A DNA stretch of 64,000 nt from Octopus sinensis (GCF_006345805.1 NC_043001.1:64294001-64358000), one strand, 5' to 3'. Positions 35,579-50,030 are shown, counted from the first letter of the stretch. A program made the numbers and translations. Notes: a model not told the origin generated them from the sequence alone.

Positions 35579-38500
35579 TCATCATCATTGTTTAATGTCC
35601 GCTTTCCATGCTAGCATGGGTTCGATGATTTGACTGTGGTCTGGCGAACCAGATGGCTGCACCAGACTCCAGTCTGATCTGGCAGAGTTTCTACAGCTGG
35701 ATGCCCTTCCTAATGCCAACCACTCCGAGAGTGTAGTGGGTGCTTTTATGTGCCACCGGCATGATGGCCAGTCAGACGGTACTGGCAATGGCCACACTCA
35801 AATGGAGGCCAGTTTGTTGCTCTGGCAACGATCACGCTCGTATAGTACTCATGGCGCTCCACTAGCATGGATGCCAGTCATCGAATTTGATTTTGATTTC
35901 ACTTGCCTGAACAGGTCTTCGCAAGCAGAGTTTAGTGTCCAAGGAAGGAAAGTTATGCATAAGTGGACTGGTTATACCCCTGGCATAGACCACAAGGTTA
36001 TGGTCTCGCTTGCGCTTGCCGAGTCTTCTCAAGCACAGCATATTTCCAAAGGTCCCAGTCACTAGTCATTGCCTCAGTGAGGCCCAATGTTCGAAGTTCA
36101 TGCTTCACCACCTCATCCCAAGTCTTCCTGGGTCTACCTCTTCCACAGGTTCCCTCGACTGCTAGGTTGTGGCACTTTTTCGCACAGCTATCCACATCCA
36201 TTCTTGCCTCATGGCCATACCAGCGCAGTCGTCTCTCTTGCACACCACATCTGCTGCTTTTCTCTCAAGGCACTAACACTCTGTCGAGTATGCACACTGA
36301 CATTACACATCCATCGGAGCATGCTGGCTTCATTCCTTGTGAGCTTACGCATGTCCTCAGCAGTAACAGCCCATGTTTCACTGCCAAGTAGCATGGCTGT
36401 TTGTACACATACGTTGTACAGTTTACCTTTTACTCTGAGCGAGAGGCCCTTTGTCACCAGCAGAGGTAAGAGCTCTCTGAACTTTGCCCAGGTTATTCTT
36501 ATTCTAGCAGCTACACTTTCAGTGCACCCTCTCCGGCTACTGACTTGGTCATCTAGGTAACAGAAGCTATCAACTACTTCTAGTGTTTCTCCCTGGAATG
36601 TGGCGGAAGTTGTTCTCTGCACATTTTCAGTGTTATTTATTGCTCCTGAGCATCTGCCACATACAAAAACTATCTTCCCAGTTAACCTTCCTTTGATATT
36701 CCTGCACCTCTTATGAGTCCATAGCTTACACTGGGTACATCTTATAGAGTTTCTACCTACACCTTTTCTACAGATCGAGCAAGGCTATCTACCTGAAGGA
36801 ATTTGTGGTTTGCCTGCCTTCCTACTTATCAGGACTTTGGTTTTATCGAGGTTGACACTAAGGCCCTTCGATTCTAGTCCTTGTTTCCACACTTGAAACT
36901 TCTCTAGTTCTGATAGTGACTCAGCAATTAGAGCAAGGTCATCAGCATAGAGGAGCTCCCAGGGGCATCCTGTCTTGAATTCCTCCGTTATTGCCTGCTA
37001 TGACCCTCTCCGTGACCTTCATTACCTGATCCAACAACTTGATACCTCTGTAATTATTTGTATCTAAAGCATCACCTTTACCTTCATAGCAGTTGACTAT
37101 GGTGCTACTACACCAGTCATTGAGTATGACTCCTTCGTCAACATCGGCAGAGACTCTTTCTCCTATTCATTTTCTTTATTGAGCAACCTTTCATAGTGGC
37201 GTCTCCAAACCTCTCTTTTTGCAGCCTCGTTTAGTGCAAGAGAACAATCATCCATGCGGACACATTTCTCTCCTCAACTTCACAATTTTCTTTCACACAC
37301 TGTCTTGCATCACAAAATTCCTCAAGTCTTTGGTCCTCGTGGCGCAGAACATTGGCAAATTTTTTCTTAGCTGCTTCCCTTCTGGCTAAATAAACCTGTC
37401 TCCTAGCTTCCCTTCTGGCAGTCTGATACAATTCCCTGCTACCACTGTTCTTCCAGTCCTTCCAAGCCTGTTTCTTTTCTCTAATAGCCCTGTCTACAAC
37501 ATCGTTCCTCCACCACGTTATTTTTGGTCGAGAGGGGACTTTGTACCATCCACAGATCTGGTCAGTGGCTCTCAGCAGGTTGTCCCTAAGAAACCTCCAG
37601 TTGTCTTCTACACTGTGTGAACTGTATCCCCTTCTATTTCGTCAAAGGCTTCGAGTAATATGTCTCTGAATCTCTATCCATTCGCAGGATCTTTAAGCTT
37701 CCAGACTCTTCTTCTCCATGCTGGTCGTCTTCTAGGTGTCCACTTAGCCCTGATCCTAAAGTCACTAACTACCAGTCTATGTTGTGGGGTACATTCTTTG
37801 CCTGGGAAGGTTTTGGCATTTATAAGCAGCCATCTTTTCCTTTTTCTGGCAAGGATGTAGTCAATTTGGCTAGTATGTCGGCCAGATCGGTAAGTGACTA
37901 GGTGACTGGCAGGTTTCCTGAAGTTAGTATTGCAAACCATAAGATCATTTGCATTGCAGAATTCCAGCAGCCTGGTTCCCTCCTCGTTGCAGGAACCATA
38001 ACCATAGCCTCCATGTATGCCATGGAAGCCCCCTGTATGTTATCCAACATGTCCATTGAAGTCACCAGCCACAAAGAGAAGATCCCTGTCATTCGTCAAC
38101 GAGGTAGTCTGCAAAAGAGTGTCATAGAATTGGTCTTTCTGTCCATCGGGTAGCCCCGGCTGAGGGGCACAGGCCGATATAGTGGTTGCTAACCCATGAT
38201 GACGCACTAATCTAATCTTAAGTATTCTATCGCATACTCTGACTACCTCGATTACCTTATCTACCCATTTTTCTACAAGAAGTATACCCACGCCCCCGAC
38301 CCCGTCAGTGTTCCCCACCCAGAAAATCTTGTACCTGTGTTCTTTGCCTGCGAGGAACGTAACAGAACCTCCTGTATCTCCGTTCAAGCATCTCAACAAT
38401 CTCAGTAGCTCATGTACCTGAAAAGAAAGCTTGCATTTGGCAGAATTCATAAACAAACAATACAATGAATAGCCTTCAGTTCAAACAATACAATAGTAGG

Positions 38501-38602
38501 GGTGGGGATGACGTAAAGCCGTTAGAAGTGTTCATGGGAGACAACCAAGGATGACAAAGGATAGGAACTTCCGGTACAAGAGGAGAGGTGGGAGGGTGGC
38601 CG
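35579..38602 (-). mobile_element. Near full-length RTE LINE with internal deletions
   Basis: 5'UTR homologous to 2465-2700; APE ORFs 38040-38465, 37674-37940; RT/PHD remnant; C-terminus 36209-36622; (CAT)n tail. Confidence 0.95.
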
Positions 38603-38638
38603 CATATATATATATACATATACATATATATATATATA

Positions 38639-40239
38639 CTAGCATTATGACCCGTTGTTGCCGGGTCATAGTGCTAGTGCATGTATATATGTGTATATAT
38701 ATGTGTACATATTACATGTACATCTATATATATACATCTACACATAAAATACAAAATACAAAGTCATATCTTGATATCGCTAGTCATAACAATACTCAAA
38801 ATATATAACAGACTGAAATTGTAGGCTCGTCTCTTGCAATTTCGATCAGTTGTATCTTGTCCTCCCACTTGTATAGAAGTGTGTCTACAATCCAGCCTAC
38901 CTCTACTTCTGGGGGGACATTTTAAATTTTTATCCGGGACGTCCTATGTCCCAGATATAAAGGTAAAAATAAAATATTTCCACTTTGCAAGGTTCGAGTC
39001 AAGTACTCCCTTGCATGTTCTGTTGACTCAAACCTTGCTTCTATTGTGGTGAATTTACCGCCTCTGGTTAGATATCTTTCATAGTCGCACCAAGACACTT
39101 TTCGATGGTGCTTTCCTCCGGGTGTTCAAATCTTTTTTTTTCTCTACATTGTATACTTTATAGACAATAGTCTTTTCTTTAATTTAATTTTTTATTTCAT
39201 TTGGTGGTGTTATCCTAGATTCACCGTCTTTGTTGGTGATCTATCCGAAATAGGTTTGTATTTCTTCCATTTTAATTTTAATGAGTTCGCGCCAGCTGAC
39301 GGCTGCAGCGAAATTCATTTTTGGACTTTCTTCTATCGAAGGCATTCTAACAAAAATGCTTCCGTGTAAATGGTGAAAATATTGTCAATTTCCCCAAACA
39401 GGGACACAATTCAATTTTTCAACAATAACCAAAGCTCCTTCTCCCAAAGGGGGAGGGTTACAGTTTACAATTATTTAACAAATGCAACACAACAACGTTT
39501 CCCTTACGAGGAACCAACAAACGTGATAACAATAATTAAACAGTAATAATAATAACAACAAACCTTACGGTGAATCAAAAGGCAGTACGCAGTTGAAGCT
39601 ATAGTCCTTTATGTATAAGAAGTAAACCAACAGCAGTACTCAATAGAAGCGGCTGTTCGAGAAAACAGACAGTACATACAGCCAAACTTCATATAGATAC
39701 TTAATGCTAGCTAATTAGCAGATAATCTAATGTAAAAGCCGTGGTAAAGGGTATGTGCACAGCTCCATCTGGACTATTCCATTTCTGCGCATTAATTTTA
39801 TTTTTAATTTATTCCCTTTCATCTGAAACCACTTATTCAAGTTCAAGTCATTGATGCTATTTTATACCTATTGCTATTTTTACTTGTTATGTTACGATTA
39901 TATTATACTTTAGTTTGATTTTAATTATTACTTACTACATATAATTCAATTGTTATTATTATCTCTAATTTTTATTGTTAAAGTGAAAGTATCTGACATA
40001 AAATAGAGAAACGTTTTTGTTTCACTTTTAACACGTAATACTGAAATAGTGAAGAAGATATGATATTGCTGTGGGGTCGCCCTAGGGAAAAAGTTAAAAA
40101 ATTGTTTTTGCCGATGACACTCCCCGGACCCTAAGTAAGGCATGTGTAAAATTTGTATGAAATTGGTTGTGTAGTTCTCAAGTTTTAGGGAAACAGACAG
40201 ACAGACAGACACACATTCTCAGTTTTATATATATATAGA
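38639..40239 (-). mobile_element. Non-autonomous Helitron, longer copy
   Basis: Minus 5' A|TCTATATATATATAAAACTGAGAATGTG; 3' palindrome at 38638-38678; shares both ends with 15232-16068. Confidence 0.85.
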
Positions 40240-40500
40240 TAATATACATATATACATACATACATGTATATACGCATAGTGAAACTATCAAAAGTCAAAC
40301 AATATAAAAGAATAAAAGTGAAACTATAACTGTTACTCTTTGGAAATAACATTGTAAACACAGCACCATATGTATATGTGTGTGTGTATATATATATACA
40401 CAGATATACCTATGCATATATACACACATATACATATATACACACACATATATATACACACATACACACACACATATATTATATAATATATATTGAATAT
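40240..40500. repeat. TA/CA compound microsatellite
   Basis: Direct reading. Confidence 0.8.
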
Positions 40501-41384
40501 ATATTTTTTGTACTATCTCTTAATCCTTCCTATTACTATGGGCTCTTGTGCTATTCTCTGCTACTCTCTTTGCTATTCTCTACTACCCAGGGCGAAAATG
40601 CTCATTCATAATGTCCACTTCCTGTCGTAGCATATATATATATAAATACCTTTCTCATATGTTTCCCTTCTCAGATTTTCATGCAACTCATTCAAGTGTT
40701 GGTATCGATTGGCACCTAGTTATGCCCTGGAAAGCTAAGATATTCTCTTGTTTTTTCAATCTTATCACTCATTCATTCAATATTAATATGCATTATTTAT
40801 TAATATCTACTTTCGTAAGCTAATTATTTAAATTGACTCTTCAATATATAACTTCCTAACCTCCCTCTCTCAGCCTTAGTTTTCTCCTTAATTCTTTATG
40901 TAATTTCCAAATGAAATCTCTCCGATACCCTTAGTTCTCCTTCCCTCCTGTGTTCCCAAGTTGGCTACATATTTTTTCGTATTGTCTCTTACATTAACCC
41001 TTGCTTGTTTATGGTGCACCCCCTCCTAATCCTGGATATCTCTCTTCTCTCACTGGAAACTTCCTCCCTCACTGGTAGTATCCTCTATCATACCTGCAAT
41101 TTCGCCTCCCTTCTCTCTCTCTCCCAGGACAAACGCAACTAGTCTAGCGGCCCACCTACAAAATCTAACATTGGCATATTGATATTCATATTTACTTTTA
41201 TCAATTTTTATTTATGTATACTTATATCTGCATCACCAGTAAAGCTTAAATTTATGATATTTATAACGCTTATACTTACAACATCGCTAATACTTACACC
41301 TACTCCTGGTAGGGGCAAAAATTTTAACATGCTTGAATGTTTGAACGATGACAGGTCAAAAGTGAGAACAGGTGTAGCATGACT

Positions 41385-44300
41385 ATCAAACAAACATGGA
41401 GACCTTTTTTTCAGGCACTGAATAACATCTCCCCTTCCCATGCCTCCTCCTACATTCCTTTCCCAGTTTTTAAAGTTGGCACTGTCAATGTAAGCACATT
41501 GAAAGGTAAGTCTAGTGAGATTGTAGAGATACTTGAGTAGAGTCATGTTGATGTATGCTGCATACAAGAGGTAAGATAGAGAAGAGCTTCAGTCAGGGTC
41601 CTCACAGGCAAGGCACATAGGTATAAAATCTTCTGAGAAGGTAACAGTGATGGAGTAGGAGATGTAAGCATACTCCTTGCATAGAAATGGGTAGATAAGG
41701 TCATAAAAGTAGTCAGGGTATGTGATAGAGTGTTTAAGCTCAAGCTAGTCTTGTAGAATAGTATAGCTACAATTATCTCTGCCTATGCCCCATAAGTGGG
41801 CTTACCAAATGATCAGAAGGACCAATTTTATGACAGCCTTCTACAGGCTACCTCAAAGATAAGTGGCAATGACCTCTTCTTTGCTGCTGGAGATTTTAAT
41901 GGGTGTGTCTGACAGCAACCTGGTATCTTCTATGGTGTTTATGGGGGTCATGGAATTGGTTCCTGAAACAAAGATGGAACTAGGCTCCTGGAGTTCTGTG
42001 ATGCAAGCAACCTATTGATCTGCAACGCCAAATTCAGGAAGCCAGACAGCCACCTGATAACCTATCAATCAGGCGACTCTGCTAACCATATTCATTTCAG
42101 CCTCACTAGACTGTGGGATGATTAGTTACTCTGAAATACAAAGACCCACCCTGGTGAAGAATGTATCCCCCAGCATAGACTAGTCATTATTGACTTTAGG
42201 CTTGAGGCCAGAAGGATGCCAAAAAGCCAACCAATCTAGAAAAGAAAGATTTTGAAGCTAAAGAACATCACATGATCAACGATTTAGGGACATTCTCATT
42301 GAGAAATTTGATGTGAGAGAGGAGGAGCTACAGACTTTGGATATAGAGGGTAACTAGAAATTCCTACATGACAGCTTACTGAGCACCACTGACCAAATCT
42401 GCAACTGGTGCAAAGTCCCTTCCAGACCTAAGGTAACATGGTGGTGGAATAATATGGTAGACAAGGCTATTAGAGCAAAGAAACAGGCCTGGAAAACCTG
42501 GAAGAGTGGGGGGTAGCGGAGAACTGTACCAGATACCCAGAAGTGGGGCTGGGAGACAGGTATATATAGCCAAGGGTGAAGCAGAAAAGAAATTTGCCAA
42601 TGTTTAGTGATGTGAGTATCAAAGAACTGAAGTATTTCCGATTGCAAGACAGTGTGTGAGAGAAAATTGTGATGTTACAGGAGAGAAATGTGTCCGCATG
42701 GATGGTGGTGCACTTGCTATTGATGATTCTGTAAAGAAAGAGGCTTGGAGATGTCATTATGAAAGGCTGCTGGATGTGGGAAATGAATGGGAGGAGGAGA
42801 GCTTGCCAAATGTTGACCCAGTCGAGGGGCCAGCTACCTGAATCGATAGTACCCTGGTAGATAAAGCAATTAAAGATATGAAGTCAGGAAAAGTCCCTGG
42901 TCCATCAGGAATCACTGCTGAGATGCTTAAAATATCTGGTCATATGGGTTATGGTCTAGTCACATATATTGTAAATCAGGTAGTTTACGGAGTCATACCC
43001 AATGACTGGCATAGCAGCACCTTAATCAACTGCTACAAAGGTAAAGGTGATGTTTTAGATAGAAATAAGTACAGGGGTATCAAACTGCTGGATCAGGTGA
43101 TGAAGGTTATGGGGAGGGTCATAGTCCAATTAATTAGGGAGAGAGCCTGCTTAGATTAGATGCAGTTTGGTTTTATGCCAGGTAGAAGCACCAGTGATGC
43201 TATATTTCTGGTAACTGCAGAAGAAATACCTAGCCAAAGATACTTGGCATTTGTTGACTTGGAGAAAGCATTTGACAGGGTCCCCTGATCCCTAATTTGG
43301 TGGGCAATGTGGAAACTAGGAATAGATGAGTGGTTAATAAGGGCTGTACAAGTATGCTCTCAGTAAGGTAAGGGTTGCAAGGAGTATAGTGAAGAATTCT
43401 TGGTTGAAGTAGGGGTTCACCAAGGATCGGTCCTCAGACTTCTCTTATTCATCATAGTCCTCCAGGCAATAACAGAGGAATTCAAGACAGGCTGCCCCTG
43501 GGAGCTCCTCTATGCTGATGACCTTGCTGTCATAGCTGAATCACTACCAGAACTAGTGAAGTGAAGAAATTTCAGGTGTGGAAGCAAGGTTGGAAATTGG
43601 AGGGCCTTAGAGTCAATGTTGCAAAAAACCAAAGTCCTAGTAAGTAGGAGGGCGAACAGATCACAAACCCCTTCAGGTAGATGGTCCTGCTCGATCTGTA
43701 GAAAAGGTGTAGGTAGAAACTCCATAAGATGTACCCAGTGTAATCTATGGATGCATAAGAGGTGCAGCAACATCAAAGGAAGGTTAACGGGGATGATAGC
43801 TTTTGTGTGTGACAGATGCACAGGGGCAATAAACACCGAAGAGGCGCAGAAAACAGGTTCCATCACATGTTTGGGGGAGAAACTACATGTAATTGAAAAT
43901 TTCCGCTACCTAGGTGACCAATTCTGCTGTGGGGGTGGATGCTCGGAGAGCGTTGCCACTAGAATAAGAATAGCCTGGGCAAAGTTCAGAAAGCTCTTAC
44001 CTCTACTGGTCACAAAGGACCTCTCACTCAGAGTGAAAGGTAGACTGCATGTGTGTGTACGGCAGTGAAACATAAACCTTGACTGTTGAGGACATACATA
44101 GGCTTGAATGAAATGAAGCTAGTATGATTCGCTGGAAGTGTAATGTCAGTGTACACACACAACACAGTGTAAGTACTCTGAAAGAAATGTTGGACTTAAG
44201 AAGCATCAGATGTGGTGTGCAAGAGAGATGACAGTGCTGGTATGGTCATGTGCTGCATATGGATGAGGTGAGTTGTGTGAAGAAGTGTCACTCCCTAACA

Positions 44301-44955
44301 GTTAAAGGAACCTGTAGAAGAGGGAGACCCAGGAAGACATGGGGTGAGGTGGTGAAGCACACCTTCCAACGTTGGGCCTCACAGATGCAATGACAAGAGA
44401 CCAAGACCTCTGGAGATATGCTGTGTTGAGGAGACCCAGCAAGTAAAGTGTGATCACAGCCATAGCCTATACCAGTGTCGCATAACCAGCACACGTATTT
44501 GAATCATCGGACGACACTCTGCTTGAGGAGACCTATTGAGTCAAGTAAAATCAAAATCAGAATCTCAATCAAATTGAAATCAAAAATGGAAATTTTAGTT
44601 GTAGTTGCTGCCAGTGCCACCTGACTGGCTCCTGTGCTAGTGGCACACAATAAACACCATTCATGCGTGGGTCGTTGACTGACTGGGTCCCGTGCTGGTG
44701 GCACGTAAAAAGCACACACTACACTCTCAGAGTGGTAGGTGTTAGGAAGGGCATCCTGCTGTAGAAATATTGCCAGATCAGATTGGAGTCTGGTGCAGCC
44801 TCCTGGCTTGCCAGTCACCAGTCAAACTGTCCAACCCATGCCAGCATGGAAAACAGACATTAAATGATGTTGATGATATATATATATATACCGTCCAACC
44901 CATGCTAGCATGGAAAACGGACGCTAAACGATGATGATGATGATGATGATGATGA
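41385..44955 (+). mobile_element. Full-length old RTE LINE (second subfamily), heavily decayed, with duplicated 3' end
   Basis: VGTVNVSTLKG through GDFN, RT 42878-43560, PHD 43682-43820, 3'UTR; tails at ~44865-44877 and 44930-44955. Confidence 0.93.
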
Positions 44956-45185
44956 TATACACACACACACACATACGCATATATATATATATGTATATAC
45001 ACACACACATATATACATACATAGATATATTCACACACGCATATATATATACATATATATACACACACACACACACGTATGTATATATATATATATATGT
45101 AATATAAATAATATATAAATATATATGCATATATACATACATATATGTACATACTTACATACATATGTATATACACTTACATATA
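44956..45185. repeat. TA/CA compound microsatellite
   Basis: Direct reading. Confidence 0.9.
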
Positions 45186-45863
45186 TGGGCACAGGATACC
45201 AGAATGTAAACATAAAATACAAAATAGGAAAACATGGAATGCGAACTTTTTTGTGAACAACAAAAGAAACAAATAGAAAACAAGACAAGCAACATAAAAA
45301 AATGACCCTTCATCAGTTGTTGGCTGTCTTTCTACTATTTTGAGAAATTCATGACAAGATATGTTTTTGACAAAACAGCTGTTCCCGCAAGGCAAATTAA
45401 ATAAAATTTGGGATTTTGCGGAGGGTCAAAGTTGGTAACAAAAACAGGACGGTGAAAACAAAGAGGGGCAGTTAAGGCTGAATGAGGTAAGTTGGTGAAC
45501 GCGGAGGAACAAGCTCTGACAGGTAACAGACAAGAATGCATCTTATCCCTGTGGCTGATCACAAAGAAAGAAATTCAAGTTAGGAAAAGAAAGATGGCTG
45601 ATGGTCACGTGCGAGCAATCAAAAGAGCAATGGTAGAAGAGAGAAGGACAGACAGAGAACAGTGAAGTGGGGAGGAAAAGAATTAGAGAAGGGATGAGAG
45701 AGAAAAATATGAAAGGGGGAGAAGGAGAGATAAAGCAAATTAGAGAAAGGAAGAGAGAGGAAATGAAAGAGGAGAGGGAAAGAGAAAAAGAAAGAGATAG
45801 AAAGTGTCATCAAAATTATTAAGATAAAACTTACTTGGAAATGGATGCGTGGCACAATCAATC

Positions 45864-46024
45864 ATATAATAATATAAATAATATATAAATATATATGCAT
45901 ATATACATATACACGCATATATATATATATACATACACATATATACACACACACATATATATATATACATACATATATATATATATACATACATACATGT
46001 GTATATATACAAAGATATACATAC

Positions 46025-46100
<76 letters not shown>

Positions 46101-46212
46101 GCATACATGTGCATATATACATATATATATATATGTAATATAAATAATATATAAATATATATACATAGATACATATACACGCATATATATATATATATAT
46201 GTAATATAAATA

Positions 46213-46253
<41 letters not shown>

Positions 46254-46277
46254 GCATACATGTGCATATATACAAAT

Positions 46278-46309
<32 letters not shown>

Positions 46310-46381
46310 CATATGCATACATGTGCATATATACAAATATACATATATATATATTCATATACATATATGTATTTATATACA
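45864..46381. repeat. TA-rich compound microsatellite with higher-order units
   Basis: Recurrent TAATATAAATAATATATAAAT and CATATGCATACATGTGCATA blocks. Confidence 0.9.
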
Positions 46382-46631
46382 TGGTGAAACTATTAAAAGT
46401 GAAGCAATATAAAAGTGAAACTATCTATAACTATTAATCCGTTGAAGGTTTCACTTGTATTCTTCAAGCTTTGAGACGTAATACGGAACTATTACCAATG
46501 TTGTATTGTTTTAATAAAAAAAAATTATATGTTGACACTCTTGGGGTGTGGTAGTATTACCATGTGAAATTTGATTGAGCCGTTTTAGAATGCATTGGGA
46601 ACAGACAGAGATACAAAGGATTTTATACATA

Positions 46632-47557
46632 CAGGGTGTCCATAAAGTCTCTTTACAATTTTAAAATTTTATTACAAAGGTTGACAAGATATCTTAACCA
46701 GATTTGTTTTATTGTAATAATTGTTTATTAAAGTTTTTTTAACTGTTATTTAATAGACCTCAATATGGGCACCATTAATTATGTGAAGCACATCAAGATG
46801 GTACTTGATTTCTTGCTATGTTTGCTGTAGATAGCCTCATCAACAGTGGCAATGACATGACGAATCCTTTGCTTCAAGTCAGCAATGTCCCAAATCTTTG
46901 TTTGATACACAATATCTTTTACATAACCCCATAAAAAGAAGTCTAAGGGAGTGATATCTGGCGAACATGGTGGCCTTGGAATTGGCTCACCCCTTCCAAT
47001 CCATCGGTCTGTAAATGTTTGATTCAGGAACTGACGAACATGCCGTCCCCAATGTGGTGGTGCACCATCCTGCTGGAAAATGATGGTTGGTTGTAAATCA
47101 GTCAGTTGTGGTGCCACATATTCGGTCAGAAGGTCGAGGTAAACATCTGCAGTAATTGTTGCCTCATTGAAGAAAAATGGACCAATTGTTCGATTGCACG
47201 TGATTCCACACCACACATTCACTCTCTCCATAAATTTCTTGTGCCATGCACTAATTGAAGGACACGATGGTGGATCTCTTCCATACTTAGTTCTGTAGTT
47301 TCATTGAGTCTGAACATCCAATTTTGTCTCAATAAACCAGGATACACATTGTTCCTTTTCATGAGGAGTAGCCATTTTATAGGGGTTCAGTGAATCAGTT
47401 CCCTTCCATCAACAGAGTATCTGAAACACAAAAAATTTAATATCAATAAAAACTTTAATAAACAGTTATTAAAATAAAACAAATCTGGTTAAAATATCTC
47501 ATCAACTGCCTTTGTAATAATTTTTTTAAATTGTAAAGAGACTTTATGGATACCCTG
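46632..47557 (-). mobile_element. Tc1/mariner DD41D (rosa-type) transposon, internally deleted
   Basis: ~105-bp TIRs CAGGGTGTCCATAAAGTCTCTTTACAA, TA TSD; FQQDGAPPH-x-SPDITPLDFFLWG with 41 residues between D and D. Confidence 0.9.
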
Positions 47558-47834
47558 TATATAGCAACTTGTAATGAAAATTACACCATTATATTTTGAA
47601 AACCTGCCACCCATTGAAATCTAAATGCTTATTCGTTGATTTGAATTATATTACATAACTTTATATTCCATGTACAATCATGATATTAATTCAGTATTCA
47701 TAACAACTGCCCGATGAACAGGAACATGAAATTCTGAGAAACAGTTTTATGAATATTTTGCAGCTTTAATAAAAGCAAATTACTCTATTCGAGTACTATT
47801 TTTTCCGCCTATTTTGCATTTTTATGTGCTTACT

Positions 47835-48052
47835 TGTGTGTGTCTTTGTGCCTATGTTTGTCCCCACCATTGCTTGACAACCAGTGTTGGTTTGTTTACA
47901 TCCCTGTAAAATAGCAGTTTGGCAAAAAGAATAAGCACCAGGCTAACAAAAAAATTAGTAAAAAAAATAATTCATTCAACTAAAATGTTCTTCAAGGTGT
48001 TGCCCCAGCATGGCTGCAATCTAATGACTGAAACAAGTAAAAGATAAAAGAT
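47835..48052 (+). mobile_element. SINE 3' half
   Basis: GCTTGACAACCAGTGTTGG...CCCCAGCATGGC...ACTGAAACAAGTAAAAGATAAAAGA; homologous to 49360-50030. Confidence 0.7.
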
Positions 48053-48303
48053 TAATAGTAAGTATAATCATGACAAGAGCTATTGCTTATTTTAAGCAAA
48101 TGTCCTAATTGACTGTTCCTTCTAGTATCAGCTGATAAAATATGTAAAGTGAATTTAAATTTTAAAATTATATGCACCAATAAAACACTTTAACTATGTA
48201 TTCATTTCACAATAGTGAAATGCATTTATTTATTTTTATTATATATTTTCACTTTCAGAACATATAAGTTGATTACTCAGTGGTATCAACAAGTCCAGAT
48301 ACA

Positions 48304-48345
48304 ATGACAACCCTCACTGCTGTAAAACAAGAAAAGACAGGCCTG
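48304..48345 (+). CDS. Candidate first coding exon of an unidentified host gene (MTTLTAVKQEKTGL...)
   Basis: Exon 48259-48345: acceptor TTTTCACTTTCAG|, donor CTG|GTAAAG; ACAATGA start with upstream in-frame stop; other frames closed; non-repetitive flanks. Confidence 0.5.
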
Positions 48346-48379
48346 GTAAAGCAAACTTAAAATATTGTTTCTAAATTAT

Positions 48380-48535
48380 GTGCATGCATGCACTCACTCA
48401 CACACACAATTACACATACACATGCGCATGTGTACACACACACACACACACAATTACACATGCGCATGTGTAACACACACACACACACACACACACTCTC
48501 TCTCTCTCTCTCTTTTCTGCACATGCACACACACC
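48380..48535. repeat. (CA)n/(CT)n microsatellite
   Basis: Direct reading. Confidence 0.9.
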
Positions 48536-49189
48536 TTTTATTTGAGGGGAAGCAGGACCTATGATCTTTGCAGTCTTTCCTAGTCTGGTGAGGTAGATAT
48601 GTAAGTTAACATCTGCAGAAAAATATTTGGGTAGGTAAGTGATTTTAGAGATTTGCTGTTCTGATTAGTGAAACACAATAGAGATGACATGGAAAGAGAG
48701 GCAGTTGTGTCAAATGAATCTGGTTGGTGGCAAATATGTAACTAGTTACTTCGGAGTCTGTTGTAATAGTGGGAGAAGAGAAATGAAGAAGAAACATAGC
48801 ACCTGGAAGCCAGTGGTTGTAGTTTCTTTGCCAATCTCAGTTGAATTTTACCCTTCTGTGTGTAATAAAGCAAAATATAAATGAAAATGGTTTTCTGAAT
48901 AAGATAAAATGATATTTATACGCACACACGTGTATGTGAATGTTGTTTATGCAAATATAGATGAAAAATATGACGAGAAAATCATTTTTACAATCTTATT
49001 AAGAGTAAATTAAACTGGCCACTAATAATTTCTAACTGAATTAAATAATTGAGAACAGATTTTAATTTATTATGTATTAAAATAGGAAAATTATATTTTA
49101 AACATCTTCCATATATCACTTTCTGAGTTCAAATTCTTCTATAGTTAATTCATGATATTTTACAATGTCTTCATTGTTTTTCATTTTCA

Positions 49190-50030
49190 TTGTGTTAAAA
49201 AGTTTGCTTCCTGACCACATGTTTCTGGGTTGAGTCCACTGTGTAGCACGTTGGACAAGTGTCTTCCGCTATAGTCTCAGATCCACCAAAGCCTTGTGAG
49301 TGGATTTGGTAGAAGTAAATTGAAAGAAACCTTTCATAAATGTGTGTGTGTCTCACCACTACTTGACAACCTGTGTTGGTGTGTTTACATCCCTCTAACT
49401 TAGCAGTTCAGCAAAAGAGACCAACAGAATAAGTACCAGAATTTAAAACAATACAGTAATGCCTCAATATACGAGTTAATTTGTTCCCATAGTAGCAATG
49501 TTATAAATCGTAATTTATTCCCAGAAAAATATTTTATCTATAAAATTTATAATACTCATGAATGAATGGCAATAAAACAACAGTAAAGAATATTTTATGT
49601 AAAGTAAAAAGAATGTCAAGATCATTTATAATAAAAAATATTATTCTAATCATTTTCTGAATTACTTTCACTTGCACTAGACTCATGCACGCTATTACTT
49701 GTAGACGTGATTGCCAATTCACAAGCTCTCATCGATCGACTGGTAGATTTTTTTTTTAAAAACAAGTCTAGAGTTGTTTGCTTAGAAAAAACTTTTTTCC
49801 ACTCTATAAATTTCTTGGTAACATGGTGAAGCATTTGTTATAATAGTAGAAACTTTTGCACTTTTATTAAAATTTAGATCTTCTGCTTGAAAAATGTAAC
49901 TTGTAAACCTGGGGTCTCATAAAGTGAAGTATTATTGTACTGAGTCATTTTGTTCAGCTAAAATTATTGAAGGCAGAGCCCCAGCATGGCCACAGTCTAA
50001 TAACTGAAACAAGTAAAAAATAAGAGATAA
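49190..50030 (+). mobile_element. tRNA-derived SINE split by a pogo/Tigger element
   Basis: Head GTTTGCTTCC..CCACATG..GGGTTGAGTCCACTG, body CAAAGCCTTGTGAGTGGATTTGGTAG, 3' part resumes at 49940. Confidence 0.7.
49454..49937 (-). mobile_element. pogo/Tigger-like deletion derivative
   Basis: TA-flanked imperfect TIRs CAGTAATGCCTCAATATACGAG / CTCATAAAGTGAAGTATTATTG; KQTTLDLFLKK C-terminal motif. Confidence 0.7.

Noticed and set aside
39290-39330. CTGACG-GCTGCAGC-GAAA hammerhead-like motif
   Set aside because: Lacks A9, U16.1 and stem I
45740-46382. Long Y/I/C/M-rich ORFs (also 44778-45176, 40378-40611)
   Set aside because: Translations of TA/CA microsatellites
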